NCBI GenBank assembly: GCA_049968255.1
Contig: JBMFRB010000007.1
Span: forward strand, 96,001 to 160,000
Source: Candidatus Sumerlaeaceae bacterium
GTDB taxonomy: Bacteria; Sumerlaeota; Sumerlaeia; Sumerlaeales; Sumerlaeaceae
Direction of reading: 5' to 3'
Length of the DNA stretch: 64,000 nucleotides
Shown here: piece by piece, positions 1-9,880 of the stretch
Layout: every line of letters starts with the position of its first letter
Position numbering within the stretch: the stretch's first letter is position 1
The notes under the pieces: generated by a model
What the model saw: the letters and a program-made list of their open reading frames with translations, nothing else
Database searches by the model: none
Told to the model about the DNA's origin: nothing
Translations under genes and position numbers: made by a program

Positions 1-222
1 AAGATCGTGAAGGGTCTCAAGGAGATGGGCTTCACGATTGCTGGCGGGCAAGGCCACTTGAAGGGGAAAATTTTCAGATTTGCCACACTCGGCTGGTACA
101 ACGAATACGACGTTCTGACCATCATCGCAGCGATCGAAAAAGTGCTTCAGAAGCTAGGCCACCAATTCGTGCCCGGAGCCGGCGTTAACGCTGCGATGGA
201 GTATTTCCAACAGAACCCATAA
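1..222 (+). CDS. Class V PLP aminotransferase (serine-pyruvate / alanine-glyoxylate type), 3' end only
   Basis: Open frame from base 1. IAGGQGHLKGKIFRFATLG followed by PGAGVNAA matches the C-terminus of this family. Confidence 0.8.
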   Translation, partial: KIVKGLKEMGFTIAGGQGHLKGKIFRFATLGWYNEYDVLTIIAAIEKVLQKLGHQFVPGAGVNAAMEYFQQNP

Positions 223-245
223 GCTAACTCTTTAACGAATTAAAT

Positions 246-292
246 AGGTCGGGGAGCCGCTGTCTCGGTAGGGCGGTTCCCCGACCTTTCTT
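246..292 (+). terminator. Intrinsic terminator
   Basis: 15-bp stem AGGTCGGGGAGCCGC (246-260) / GCGGTTCCCCGACCT (273-287) with one G-U pair, followed by TTCTT, just after the stop at 222. Confidence 0.8.
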
Positions 293-374
293 GTGAAACA
301 ATGCCAAGAGCGAAGATGTCAATATGCGACAATTCTTGCCACGAACCTCATAGCAAGATTGCCTAAGATTAGGG

Positions 375-806
375 CTAAGTTTGCGCTTGGACGGACGGTG
401 CGGGCGTTTTTTCAAAACGTCGGAAGCATCGATAGCCGAAGGTTCTGGCGGCACGCCCTTGATCGGGAAACCCGAACGCATCAAACCACCCTTCTTCTTC
501 AGCCCGCCATCGACAGTCCCAATCGAAATCGTAAACCGTTTCTCCGTCGTTGACGGAAAGCTTTCCGACGAAATTACTGCAGCCGGAAAATCCTTCGATA
601 CGCACCCTGCGGACTGCCAGAGCAGGCTCGCATTCGAGCAATTGAGAAATGACGCGCAGGATTTTCACCGCGGGAAGTTGTGGTGAAAATTGTACGAGCT
701 CATTTGACACGCCAGTCTTAGCCACCATTTTCACTGCAGCAGTAAATTCGGGCGTGGCAGAACTCTGGCTGAGCAATTCTTCGATTGTTGGCACTTGCGG
801 TTGCAT
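375..806 (-). CDS. Hypothetical protein, 143 aa
   Basis: ATG start with GGAG upstream. Globular composition with SGCS, FDWDCRW, FPDQ and YRCF segments. Fills the gap between annotated genes. Confidence 0.7.
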   Translation of the reverse strand: MQPQVPTIEELLSQSSATPEFTAAVKMVAKTGVSNELVQFSPQLPAVKILRVISQLLECEPALAVRRVRIEGFSGCSNFVGKLSVNDGETVYDFDWDCRWRAEEEGWFDAFGFPDQGRAARTFGYRCFRRFEKTPAPSVQAQT

Positions 807-929
807 GGCGCTGGCGTTTGTCTCCGTGATTTGAGAAGGAAATGTATGGTCTGAGGTTATTGCTGAAGGCGTAAATCTATTTAGTGTTCAATGCGATGCG
901 GTTCTTCTAGATCCGGGACAAAGTGAAAT

Positions 930-2531
930 ATGCGAACGATGATTCGACGCTTCCTTACGATTTGCCTCATTGCCAGTATGGCATTGTGTTGCCTTAGCTC
1001 GGTCGCGGCTCCAGCGAAATCCTCTGGCGCCAAGAAGAGCAAGACGCGCCCCAGCCAGACGTCAAAACCGTTGGCGAGAAGCACTGCCCAGGAGTCGAAA
1101 CGAACCACGATAACGGACCATGCGTTTACGACCATCACGCGTGAGACACTCCCTGCGGCCATTGAACATGACGTGGGACAGGTGGAGGGCCGCAGCCGCT
1201 GGGGCATCATGGTTGTGGACGTTGCGAGTGGAGAGGTTCTCTATCAGCGAAACGCGAAAGAGCATTTCATCCCAGCCTCTAATCGCAAACTCTTTACGGG
1301 AGCTCTCGCCCTCGATCAACTTGGGCCGGATTTCACCTACCGGACATATCTCTACAGGACTGGGCCAGTGGATGCGAATGGAGTCCTGCAAGGTCATCTG
1401 ATCATTTTGCCGCAGGGGGATCCAACATTCAACAGTGAATTGTTTCGCCAAGCACACGTGCCGCCGGACTGGATTTTCCGCGACTGGGTGGAAAAGGTAC
1501 GGGCCGCGGGGATTCGCTCCGTGGCAGGAGAACTGATCGTTGATTGCTCGGACTGGGTTCTTAGCGATCTCGAACCGAAGGGCTGGCCGACGCGTATCAT
1601 GCAGGATTACTACGCGCCGCAGACGAGTCCGCTGACCCTCAATGAAAATCTTATACAAATGATCGCCAAGCCTGGCAGGCCGGGTGAGGCAGCAATCATT
1701 GAATTTGCTCCACCCGCGGAAGGTTATCCAATTATTAATAAAACTGTTACAGGAGGGCGGACGGCGCTCACTGTGCGCCGCCTCAAAGAGGGTGGGATCG
1801 AGGTGAGCGGCACAATCGCCGCGGGAAGCAAGCCTTACCCGTTGCCAACCATTCCCTGCGATAATCCAACGCTTTATGCAGCTGCTGTTTTCCGCAGCCA
1901 CCTGCATCGGGCGGGGATCCCCGTGCAAGGCAGCTTGCGGCTCAACACGAAGCGCCAAGCCCTGCCGAAACTCTCGACCGAGAATGTCATTGCTGTGTAT
2001 ATCTCGCCTCCTATGCAAGAAATCGTTCAGCGAATGATGAAACATAGCAATAACCACTTTGCCGAGCAAATCTATGTCTCGGTGTCGGCAGTAAAGCTGG
2101 GGCGTGGCAGCTACACAGCGTCGAAACAACTGGAAGCTGACATGCTGAAGCGTTTCGGGATTGATCGCGATGGAGTGCGTGGCGAGGACGGCAGTGGGTT
2201 ATCCGAGCTCAACGCCATCACACCAGAAGCTGTGTGCAAGCTTCTGATCGGAATGGCACGCCATCCTGCCGCCCAGTCTTTCTATGATGCGCTGGCTGTG
2301 GGTGGGCTCGACGGCACTCTGCGTGGTCGCCTGAAGTCAGATGTGACCATGGCACGCGTGCATGCGAAGACCGGCTATATTCGCAACGTGGTGTGCTTGT
2401 CTGGGTATGCGGATTCGGTAGGCGGCAAGCGCTATGCGTTTTCGTTCCTTGTCAATGACGTGAAGACTGGTCCTGCCGCTATCAAACAGGTTCAGGACAA
2501 ATTGTGCGAACTGTTGTGTAAGCTGAACTGA
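930..2531 (+). CDS. dacB: D-Ala-D-Ala carboxypeptidase/endopeptidase PBP4 (peptidase S13)
   Basis: Signal peptide; SxxK (PASNRK), SxN (HSNN), DGSGLS and KTG (AKTGY) motifs. Confidence 0.93.
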   Translation: MRTMIRRFLTICLIASMALCCLSSVAAPAKSSGAKKSKTRPSQTSKPLARSTAQESKRTTITDHAFTTITRETLPAAIEHDVGQVEGRSRWGIMVVDVASGEVLYQRNAKEHFIPASNRKLFTGALALDQLGPDFTYRTYLYRTGPVDANGVLQGHLIILPQGDPTFNSELFRQAHVPPDWIFRDWVEKVRAAGIRSVAGELIVDCSDWVLSDLEPKGWPTRIMQDYYAPQTSPLTLNENLIQMIAKPGRPGEAAIIEFAPPAEGYPIINKTVTGGRTALTVRRLKEGGIEVSGTIAAGSKPYPLPTIPCDNPTLYAAAVFRSHLHRAGIPVQGSLRLNTKRQALPKLSTENVIAVYISPPMQEIVQRMMKHSNNHFAEQIYVSVSAVKLGRGSYTASKQLEADMLKRFGIDRDGVRGEDGSGLSELNAITPEAVCKLLIGMARHPAAQSFYDALAVGGLDGTLRGRLKSDVTMARVHAKTGYIRNVVCLSGYADSVGGKRYAFSFLVNDVKTGPAAIKQVQDKLCELLCKLN

Positions 2532-2538
2532 GCTTGGG

Positions 2539-3396
2539 ATGACCTTGCTGCAGCGCGTGCGCATATTTCTCGAAATGATCAAATTTGAGCACACGGTGTT
2601 TGCGCTGCCGTTTGCTTTGGCGAGTGCACTCATTGCAGCGAAGGGCATGCCGCCAATGGATAAACTGTTGTGGATCACAGGGGCTGCTGTTTGCGCGCGA
2701 ACAGCAGCGATGAGTTTCAACCGCTATGCGGACGCGGAACTGGATGCCTGGAACCCACGCACGCAAGGGCGTGCTATACCGCAGGGACTGCTTAGCCGGG
2801 AGTTTGCTCTGGGGATGACTATTCTCTGCTCAGCAGCGTTCGTCGGGTGCGCCGCCGCGCTCAATCGCTTGGCCTTGTTTCTTTCCCCAGTCGCGCTGCT
2901 CGTGGTTCTTGGCTATTCTTATACCAAGCGTTTCACGTCGCTGTCGCACTTTATCTTGGGATTAGGGCTTGGTATTGCGCCAGCTGGGGCGTGGATTGGG
3001 ATCAAGGGCACGCTGGGGTGGCCTGCGGTCTTGCTGTCGCTAGCGGTGATCACGTGGGTAGCAGGATTCGATCTGATTTATGCGTGCCAGGATTTTGAAT
3101 TTGACAGGCGATTCGGGCTTTATTCCGTACCTGCGCGCTTTGGTGTTGCCGTGGCGCTGCATCTGTCAGCGGCGCTCCATGTTCTCACGGTGATTTTGCT
3201 TGCGTTGGCGGGAGCCGCTGCGGGGCTCGGCTGGTGGTACTACGTGGGTGTACTTGTGGTTGCATGCTTGTTGGTTTACGATCACCGCCTTGTGCAACCG
3301 GGCGATCTGTCGCTCCTCGAGCAAGCGTTTTTCACTGTTAACAGTTGGGTGGGAGTCACTGTGTTTGCCTTTACGGCGTTGGATGTTCTCCTGTGA
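2539..3396 (+). CDS. UbiA-family polyprenyltransferase (MqnP / futalosine-pathway type)
   Basis: EMIKFEHTVFALPFA, NRYADAELDAWNPRT, YSYTKRF and FDLIYACQD motifs; multiple TM helices. Confidence 0.9.
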   Translation: MTLLQRVRIFLEMIKFEHTVFALPFALASALIAAKGMPPMDKLLWITGAAVCARTAAMSFNRYADAELDAWNPRTQGRAIPQGLLSREFALGMTILCSAAFVGCAAALNRLALFLSPVALLVVLGYSYTKRFTSLSHFILGLGLGIAPAGAWIGIKGTLGWPAVLLSLAVITWVAGFDLIYACQDFEFDRRFGLYSVPARFGVAVALHLSAALHVLTVILLALAGAAAGLGWWYYVGVLVVACLLVYDHRLVQPGDLSLLEQAFFTVNSWVGVTVFAFTALDVLL

Positions 3397-3402
3397 GGCG
3401 TG

Positions 3403-4515
3403 ATGGAAATCCGTGAGGTCGCCATTCGTGACTTTCGAAATCTTCGCCGGATCGAGGAGCGATTCGACGCGGGGTTGAACCTCATTTTTGGGCGAAATGC
3501 GCAAGGGAAAACGAATCTTTTGGAAGCCTTGCACATGCTAGTAACGGGGCGAAGTTTTCGCACCCGAAACGAGCGGGAGCTTGTGCCGTGGAATTCAGAG
3601 GATTACTCAGCCACCATAGTTCGCGCAAAGGTTCAGCGAAGGGATGGGGAAGATTTTTATCACCTTGCTTTCAACAAGACGCAAAAATTCGTGTCGGTGA
3701 ATGGCGATGCTCTTACGCGCTTGGGCGATTTGGTTGGGCGACTCAATGCTGTGTTGTTCACGCCTGCAGACCTGCAACTAGTGCAAGGGGCCCCATCGCA
3801 GCGGCGTCGTTTTCTGGACATTTGCCTCTCCCAGACAAGTCGCCTCTACCTGCAAGCTCTTCAGCGCTATGATGCGGCGCTGCGACAACGCAACGCGGTG
3901 CTGAAGATGCATCAGCGCAAACACTTAGCGACGGAGCTAGCACCGTACAACCAAGAATTGGCTGCCAGTGGTGCCTTGATCATGGTGCACCGGGCTCAGG
4001 CACTTGAGGAACTGTCGGCTTTGGCGCGGAGCTTTTATGAGCAAGTGGCAGGCGAAGACGAAATGCTGAATGTGCATTACTCACCATCGGTCAGCAGCGA
4101 CACGCGCGAGGAGTCTGGGCTCCGGGAGAAAATCAAAGAAGCACTTGAGCGAATGCTGCCGGAAGACAGCACGCGCGGCGTGACCAATGTAGGGCCTCAC
4201 CGCGATGATTTTGGTTTCAGAATCGGCCTGCGCGACGCACGCGATTATGCGTCTCAAGGGCAACAACGAACGTGCGTGCTGGCATTGAAATTTGCGGAGC
4301 TTTCCTTTTTGACGAAGCGGCGCGGCGAGCCTCCAGTCCTTTTTCTCGACGACCTCATGAGCGAGCTGGATGCAGGACGCCGCACCCAGCTGCTGGAATG
4401 TTTGCCGAGGGAGGTGCAGACGTTTATTACACTGACTGAGCGAGAACTTGTTCCGGGCCAAGAATTTGGGGGAATTTTTGAAATGAAAAACGGTGAGCTT
4501 CGGCGAGTGCAATGA
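3403..4515 (+). CDS. recF: DNA replication and repair protein RecF
   Basis: DFRNL, Walker A GRNAQGKTN, GAPSQRRRFLD, GPHRDD, SQGQQR and LDDLMSELD. Confidence 0.96.
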   Translation: MEIREVAIRDFRNLRRIEERFDAGLNLIFGRNAQGKTNLLEALHMLVTGRSFRTRNERELVPWNSEDYSATIVRAKVQRRDGEDFYHLAFNKTQKFVSVNGDALTRLGDLVGRLNAVLFTPADLQLVQGAPSQRRRFLDICLSQTSRLYLQALQRYDAALRQRNAVLKMHQRKHLATELAPYNQELAASGALIMVHRAQALEELSALARSFYEQVAGEDEMLNVHYSPSVSSDTREESGLREKIKEALERMLPEDSTRGVTNVGPHRDDFGFRIGLRDARDYASQGQQRTCVLALKFAELSFLTKRRGEPPVLFLDDLMSELDAGRRTQLLECLPREVQTFITLTERELVPGQEFGGIFEMKNGELRRVQ

Positions 4516-4689
4516 GTGAGGCTTTGCTCCGACAATCACACGGCGCCAACATGCTGGGTTGTGAATTCCTCATGTGAAAAAGTGGTAATCAGTCGTTAGC
4601 ACTTCTGGGGGCTTCACTGCAAACCACCTTTAGCGTACTATTCATGTGCAGAATAACGCGTGTAGCGTCCAGTAGCTTGTCATAGAAAT

Positions 4690-4794
4690 TAGAATAGAGC
4701 TTCTGTAGAGGCAGCCGGTTCAATTCCGGCTCGAATGCCTGAAGAAGCGTAGCAACCGTTTCAACGACACGCTCCTTAGGAAGGAGCGAGGAGG
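4690..4794 (+). promoter_or_regulatory. Candidate -10 element and structured 5' leader of clpC
   Basis: TAGAAT at 4690-4695, a nested stem-loop at 4699-4748, and an 8-bp hairpin at 4770-4788 abutting the AGGAGG SD at 4789-4794. Confidence 0.45.
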
Positions 4795-4803
4795 TTACAA
4801 CCG

Positions 4804-7281
4804 GTGTTCGAAAAGGCACCTTACACCCCTGGGATGAAAGAGGTCCTGCGAATTGCCAAGTCCCTTGCGTCAAAGTACGGCCACGATTACGTCGGGCCCG
4901 AGCACTACTTACTGGCAATCTTGGAAAAGGGCGAAGGATTTGCAATCCGGACGTTGGAAACAATGGGGGTAGATTTGAAAGCGTTGGAAGGCGAGATTCG
5001 GCAAACGCTGAAGGCTGGCCAGGAAGTGGCGCCACCTCATACCCCGCCAAACCCCGACGCGAAACGTATCTTGGATGAGTGCAAAGATATTGCGCAGGAG
5101 CTCCATCACAATTGGATTGGCACGGAGCATTTGCTTTTGGGGATCCTGCGTGACGGCGATAACATCGCGGCGCGGGTATTGCTCCGTTTCGATGTGGATT
5201 TTAAAAGAGCGGTGCCTGTGGTGCGCAGTTTGCTGGATAACAAAGATTACGACAGTGCAAAGCCCAACAAGGAGGGCGAGAAGGAAAAATCGAAGACCCC
5301 GGCGCTCGACACGTTTGGACGCGATCTGACGCAGCTAGCGCGTGAAGGGAAACTTGATCCGGTCATTGGGCGCGAGGATGAGATCGAGCGCATTCTGCAG
5401 GTTCTGTGCCGGCGCAGCAAAAATAACCCCATTCTCCTGGGTGAGCCGGGCGTGGGCAAGACGGCAATTGTCGAGGGCCTGGCGCAACGTATCGTGAACG
5501 AAGAGGTGCCGGAACTTCTTCTCAATAAGCGGCTGATTTCTCTCGATCTGGCGGCGGTGGTCGCAGGGACCAAATACCGCGGCCAGTTTGAAGAGCGCAT
5601 GAAGGCGATCATGCAGGAAATTCGTCGCTCGCAAGACGTTCTGGTTTTCATTGACGAGCTGCACACGCTCATTGGGGCGGGCGCAGCGGAAGGTGCAATT
5701 GACGCGGCCAACATGCTGAAGCCGGCACTTTCACGCGGCGAGATGCAATGCATCGGTGCGACCACGCTTGAAGAGTACCGTAAGCACATCGAGAAAGATG
5801 GGGCACTCGAGCGGCGTTTCCAACCGATCATCATTAATCCGCCTACGTTGAAGCAGACAGTGGAGATCCTCCGAGGACTACGGCCGCGCTATGAGGAACA
5901 CCACGGGGTGATTATCTCGGACGAGGCAATTGAGGCGGCGGTGTATCTGAGCGATCGCTACATCACTGAACGGCAGTTGCCCGACAAGGCTATTGACGTC
6001 ATTGATGAGGCAGGATCGCGGGCACGGCTGAAGGCTAATATGAAGCCGACAAGGATTAAGGAGCTTGAAAAGCAGATTGCGCAGCTCGAGGAGCAGCTTC
6101 GCGTGCTGTCACAGCAAATGGAGTTCGAGAAGTGCAAGGAGCTGAAGGAACAGCGCGATGCGCTCCTTGAGGAGAAGCGGCAATTGTTTGAAGAATGGCG
6201 TTCGAAGCTCACAGACGCGAAGATCATCGCCACAATCACAGCCGAAGATGTGGCCCACGTTGTGAGCAAATGGAGCGGGGTCCCCCTGTCGCGTCTGGAG
6301 GAAGAGGAAAGCCGTCGACTGCTCAAGATTGAAGAGGAACTGGCCAAGCGCGTGGTCTCGCAGGAAGAGGCAATCAATGCTATCGCGCGGGCCATCCGCC
6401 GCGCCCGGGCAGGGCTGAAAGACCCAAATCGGCCCACGGCTTCGTTTATTTTCCTCGGCCCCACCGGCGTGGGCAAGACGGAGCTGGCCAAGGCGCTCGC
6501 AGAGTTCCTTTTCGGCGATGAGGGAGCGCTCATCCGCATTGATATGAGTGAGTACATGGAAAAGTACTCAATTTCGCGCCTGCTTGGTGCTCCTCCGGGA
6601 TATGTCGGATATGAAGAAGGAGGGCAGCTCACAGAGCAGGTTCGGCGTCGGCCGTATTCGGTTGTTCTTTTCGACGAAATCGAGAAAGCTCACCCCGACG
6701 TATTCCACTTGCTGCTTCAGGTGTTCGATGACGGTCGCCTCACGGATTCGTGGGGTCACGTGGTGGATTTCCGCAACACGGTCATCATCATGACGTCGAA
6801 CGTGGGAACAAAGAGTTTGCGCAAAAGCGGCACTTTGGGATTTACGTCGGCGGACGAGATTCAGGATTACAAGTCGCTAAAGGACAAACTGCTCGGCGCG
6901 ATGCGGCAGGTCTTTACTCCGGAGTTCATCAACCGCATTGATGAAACAATCGTGTTCAAGTCGTTGACGCGCGAAGACATCGGGCGCATCGTGGACATCA
7001 TGATTCGGCGACTCAATGAACGGCTCGAGAAGAAGGAGCTGCACGTGAGGCTGACTGAAGCAGCGAAGCAGTTCCTCATTGAGAAAGGCTACGACAGCGA
7101 GTATGGTGCGCGACCGATGCGCCGCGCCGTGCAGCGTTACGTGGAGGATCCGCTGGCCCAGCTCGTTGTTGAGAATAAAGTCTCGAAAGGTGAGGTCGTG
7201 GCGGATCTCGATCCGGAAAAACAGGAGCTGATATTCTCGTCGGTGCACGAAGCGGACCTTGCTGAGCCAGTTCCATCCTGA
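4804..7281 (+). CDS. clpC: ATP-dependent Clp protease ATP-binding subunit ClpC
   Basis: Two Clp_N repeats ([17 protein letters not shown]), two AAA modules ([16 protein letters not shown]), a short UVR-type middle domain and an LGF ClpP-docking loop. GTG start with strong SD. Confidence 0.95.
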   Translation: MFEKAPYTPGMKEVLRIAKSLASKYGHDYVGPEHYLLAILEKGEGFAIRTLETMGVDLKALEGEIRQTLKAGQEVAPPHTPPNPDAKRILDECKDIAQELHHNWIGTEHLLLGILRDGDNIAARVLLRFDVDFKRAVPVVRSLLDNKDYDSAKPNKEGEKEKSKTPALDTFGRDLTQLAREGKLDPVIGREDEIERILQVLCRRSKNNPILLGEPGVGKTAIVEGLAQRIVNEEVPELLLNKRLISLDLAAVVAGTKYRGQFEERMKAIMQEIRRSQDVLVFIDELHTLIGAGAAEGAIDAANMLKPALSRGEMQCIGATTLEEYRKHIEKDGALERRFQPIIINPPTLKQTVEILRGLRPRYEEHHGVIISDEAIEAAVYLSDRYITERQLPDKAIDVIDEAGSRARLKANMKPTRIKELEKQIAQLEEQLRVLSQQMEFEKCKELKEQRDALLEEKRQLFEEWRSKLTDAKIIATITAEDVAHVVSKWSGVPLSRLEEEESRRLLKIEEELAKRVVSQEEAINAIARAIRRARAGLKDPNRPTASFIFLGPTGVGKTELAKALAEFLFGDEGALIRIDMSEYMEKYSISRLLGAPPGYVGYEEGGQLTEQVRRRPYSVVLFDEIEKAHPDVFHLLLQVFDDGRLTDSWGHVVDFRNTVIIMTSNVGTKSLRKSGTLGFTSADEIQDYKSLKDKLLGAMRQVFTPEFINRIDETIVFKSLTREDIGRIVDIMIRRLNERLEKKELHVRLTEAAKQFLIEKGYDSEYGARPMRRAVQRYVEDPLAQLVVENKVSKGEVVADLDPEKQELIFSSVHEADLAEPVPS

Positions 7282-7299
7282 GAAGAGAAAGCGGATCAC

Positions 7300-7347
7300 A
7301 AAAAATGGCGGCGAGCGGAGGCAGGACTTCCGCTCGCCATCTTTTTT
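7300..7347 (+). terminator. Intrinsic terminator after clpC, possibly bidirectional
   Basis: Stem GGCGAGCGGAG (7310-7320) / TTCCGCTCGCC (7328-7338), flanked by an A-run upstream and CTTTTTT downstream. Confidence 0.75.
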
Positions 7348-7398
7348 CAAGGCAATGCCGGCGTCTCGATGTAGTATTTAGAAGTGATTTAGCAGTGT

Positions 7399-7472
<74 letters not shown>

Positions 7473-7597
7473 CTTTGAGTGTTTCCCGTGCGGCTTGCCA
7501 TCAAGGCGGCGGAAAAAACATATTGTGCATCGTGGCGAGGCAGGGACTATGATTTTTTGGTCCGAGACAACCGACGCCCGCACTGAAATCCGAGATC

Positions 7598-8569
7598 ATG
7601 ATGAGCAATAACGAGAAAAATCCTGCTGCGAGAAACGCCATTCAAAAGGTTGCAGAAAATGTTGCACGCGTCATCCGCGGCAAGGACGACGTGATCGAGC
7701 TTGTCTTGGCAGCTCTTCTCGCCGGTGGTCATGTGTTGCTCGAGGACGTTCCGGGAGTGGGAAAAACCACGTTGGCAAAGTCTCTCGCCCGCTCGCTTCA
7801 TGCAGATTTCCGTCGTGTGCAATTTACGCCGGATCTACTCCCGTCTGATATCACAGGAACGAACATTTACCGGGCGGACGAGCACCGCTTCGAGTTTCGC
7901 CATGGGCCGATTTTCACCAATATCTTGCTGGCGGACGAGCTGAATCGCGCGACTCCGCGCACGCAGTCGAGTTTGTTGGAGGCAATGGAGGAGCGGCAGG
8001 TCAGTGCTGACGGCAACACCTATCCGTTACCGGCATTTTTCTTTGTGATTGCTACACAGAACCCAGTGGAGCAGGAGGGGGTGTATTCCCTGCCGGAAGC
8101 ACAACTGGACCGTTTTCTCATGCAAGTGGCGTTGGGATATCCCTCGCGAGCGGACGAAGCGGCGCTTGTGCGCGAGCGACTTTCTCATGATCCTTTTTTC
8201 GACCTCTCACCTGTCGCTTCAGGGGACGACGTCCTTGCGGCGCAACGAGAGTTAGTGCTCATTCATGTCGATGCAACGGTACTTAACTACACGCTTAGCT
8301 TAGTAGAGGCCACACGCCGCCATGAGGAAATTCTCTTGGGGGCAAGTCCGCGTGCAACGCTGGCGCTGATCGCTGCAGCACGCGCACTGGCCTATTTGCG
8401 GTCGCGGAATTATGTCCTGCCAGATGACATCAAGGAACTTGCAGTCCCAGTGCTAAGTCATCGCTTGATACTTCAATCAAGAGCACTCATCGCCGGACGT
8501 CGACCTGAGGAAGTATTAAGGGAAATTTTGAATCACGTGCCTGTGCCGCTTCGTGGTCCAGACGATTAA
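7598..8569 (+). CDS. MoxR-family AAA+ ATPase
   Basis: HVLLEDVPGVGKT, QFTPDLLPSDITG, ADELNRATPRTQSSLLEAM, ATQNPVE, LPEAQLDRF and GASPR. Confidence 0.95.
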   Translation: MMSNNEKNPAARNAIQKVAENVARVIRGKDDVIELVLAALLAGGHVLLEDVPGVGKTTLAKSLARSLHADFRRVQFTPDLLPSDITGTNIYRADEHRFEFRHGPIFTNILLADELNRATPRTQSSLLEAMEERQVSADGNTYPLPAFFFVIATQNPVEQEGVYSLPEAQLDRFLMQVALGYPSRADEAALVRERLSHDPFFDLSPVASGDDVLAAQRELVLIHVDATVLNYTLSLVEATRRHEEILLGASPRATLALIAAARALAYLRSRNYVLPDDIKELAVPVLSHRLILQSRALIAGRRPEEVLREILNHVPVPLRGPDD

Positions 8570-8578
8570 TTCCGAACA

Positions 8579-9880
8579 ATGAAAACGCTTCAGCATGACG
8601 TTCAGGTGAGGTATAAATTCCTGGGGCGGCTTTACGTTTGGATTTTCCTCACGAGTGTGTTTCTTACCACAGGCCTGATGCTCGGCTCGCCCAGGAATCT
8701 TGCGGTGGGAGCGGCCCTTGCCTCGGTCATTCTCCTACAAGCAATACGCCTCCAAGGGGTGGAAAAAACTCTCCGGATCACGCGCCGCCACACTCCCCAA
8801 TGCCTGGAAGGCGACCGAGTGAGCATCGAGTTGCAGCTCGAAAGCATCGGAGCAAGACGCTTTTCTCTTGTTAGCATTACAGATCGCTTCGCGGCAGGCG
8901 GACGGTCCGTAAAAGGCGCGATTCTTGATTTTCCACCGCGTGCCTCTCTTCGTTTCGGCTACCGCCAGCTTTGTGATTTTCGGCGAGGGATGTTCGTGCT
9001 AGGGCCAGTCCAACTGGCAGTGACCGACGAGCTGGGGCTCGTAGAGAAAACAGCGATCTTTCCTGTGTTCACTGATTTGCTTGTCTGTCCGCGACCAATT
9101 CCAGCGGACACGCTCAACCTGCTTGGTGAAGGAACAGCAAAGCATGTCGGCACTGAAATTATTCGTCGAATCGGCCGAAGCGAGGAGTTTTCGGGCGTGC
9201 GGCAGTACCGCAGCGGCGATGCATGGCGCACGATTCACTGGCCGACAACGGCACGCATTGCCACCCTGCATGTTAAGGAATTCGACCGCAATGCAGTGAC
9301 ACAGGTTACGATCATCGCGGATATGTTCGAGACCGGCCACGCAGGCATTGGCGCCGTGACTTCGTTCGAGCAGAGACTACGGGCGGCCGGTACTTTGGCA
9401 ATCAGCGCCATTGAGAAAAATCACCTGGTGCGGCTGGTGGGCGCTCAGACTCCTATCGCCACAACGTCGTTTGGCGGAGGCACAAGACACCTCCAGGCGC
9501 TCATGCAATGGCTTGCCTTGCGAGCCCCTCGGGGCCGGGGGCATATCGAGCCTGTGCTGTTGGAGCAGATTCCGTTTGTTCGTCGCGGAAGTACCGTTGC
9601 CTTGGTGCTGAGCAGTGCCAACGTCGAGATATTCCAACTCGAACGTATCGTTTCGGCGTTACGCTGTCGGACCGTTGAAGTCATCGCGGTGGTGGTTGAG
9701 GACCGCAGTTATTTCAAGATCCGCGCGGATCAAACAAGTATCTTTGCTGATGCTCCACCGCTGGAGGAACTTGTGGGCAGACTTCGGCTCGCCGGTTGCC
9801 GCACGTACGTACTTCAACGGGGAACCGATCTTCTGGAAGGGCTCCGCGATCAAGATTGGAGCGGCGAGGTGAAGCCATGA
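8579..9880 (+). CDS. DUF58 domain protein (MoxR-associated)
   Basis: N-terminal TMs; EFSGVRQYRSGD..RTIHWPTTAR..LHVKEFD DUF58 signature. Confidence 0.9.
   Translation: MKTLQHDVQVRYKFLGRLYVWIFLTSVFLTTGLMLGSPRNLAVGAALASVILLQAIRLQGVEKTLRITRRHTPQCLEGDRVSIELQLESIGARRFSLVSITDRFAAGGRSVKGAILDFPPRASLRFGYRQLCDFRRGMFVLGPVQLAVTDELGLVEKTAIFPVFTDLLVCPRPIPADTLNLLGEGTAKHVGTEIIRRIGRSEEFSGVRQYRSGDAWRTIHWPTTARIATLHVKEFDRNAVTQVTIIADMFETGHAGIGAVTSFEQRLRAAGTLAISAIEKNHLVRLVGAQTPIATTSFGGGTRHLQALMQWLALRAPRGRGHIEPVLLEQIPFVRRGSTVALVLSSANVEIFQLERIVSALRCRTVEVIAVVVEDRSYFKIRADQTSIFADAPPLEELVGRLRLAGCRTYVLQRGTDLLEGLRDQDWSGEVKP

Noticed and set aside
1062-2129. 355-aa minus-strand ORF
   Set aside because: Antisense shadow of dacB with no recognisable motifs.
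4596-4623. CIRCE-like element TTAGCACTT-N10-CACTGCAAA upstream of clpC
   Set aside because: The left arm is 8/9, but the spacer is 10 rather than 9 and the right arm is only 6/9 against GAGTGCTAA. Too weak to call.
4714-4730. T-arm sequence as a tRNA gene or tmRNA end
   Set aside because: No D-arm, anticodon arm or acceptor stem can be built around it. Treated as part of a leader structure instead.
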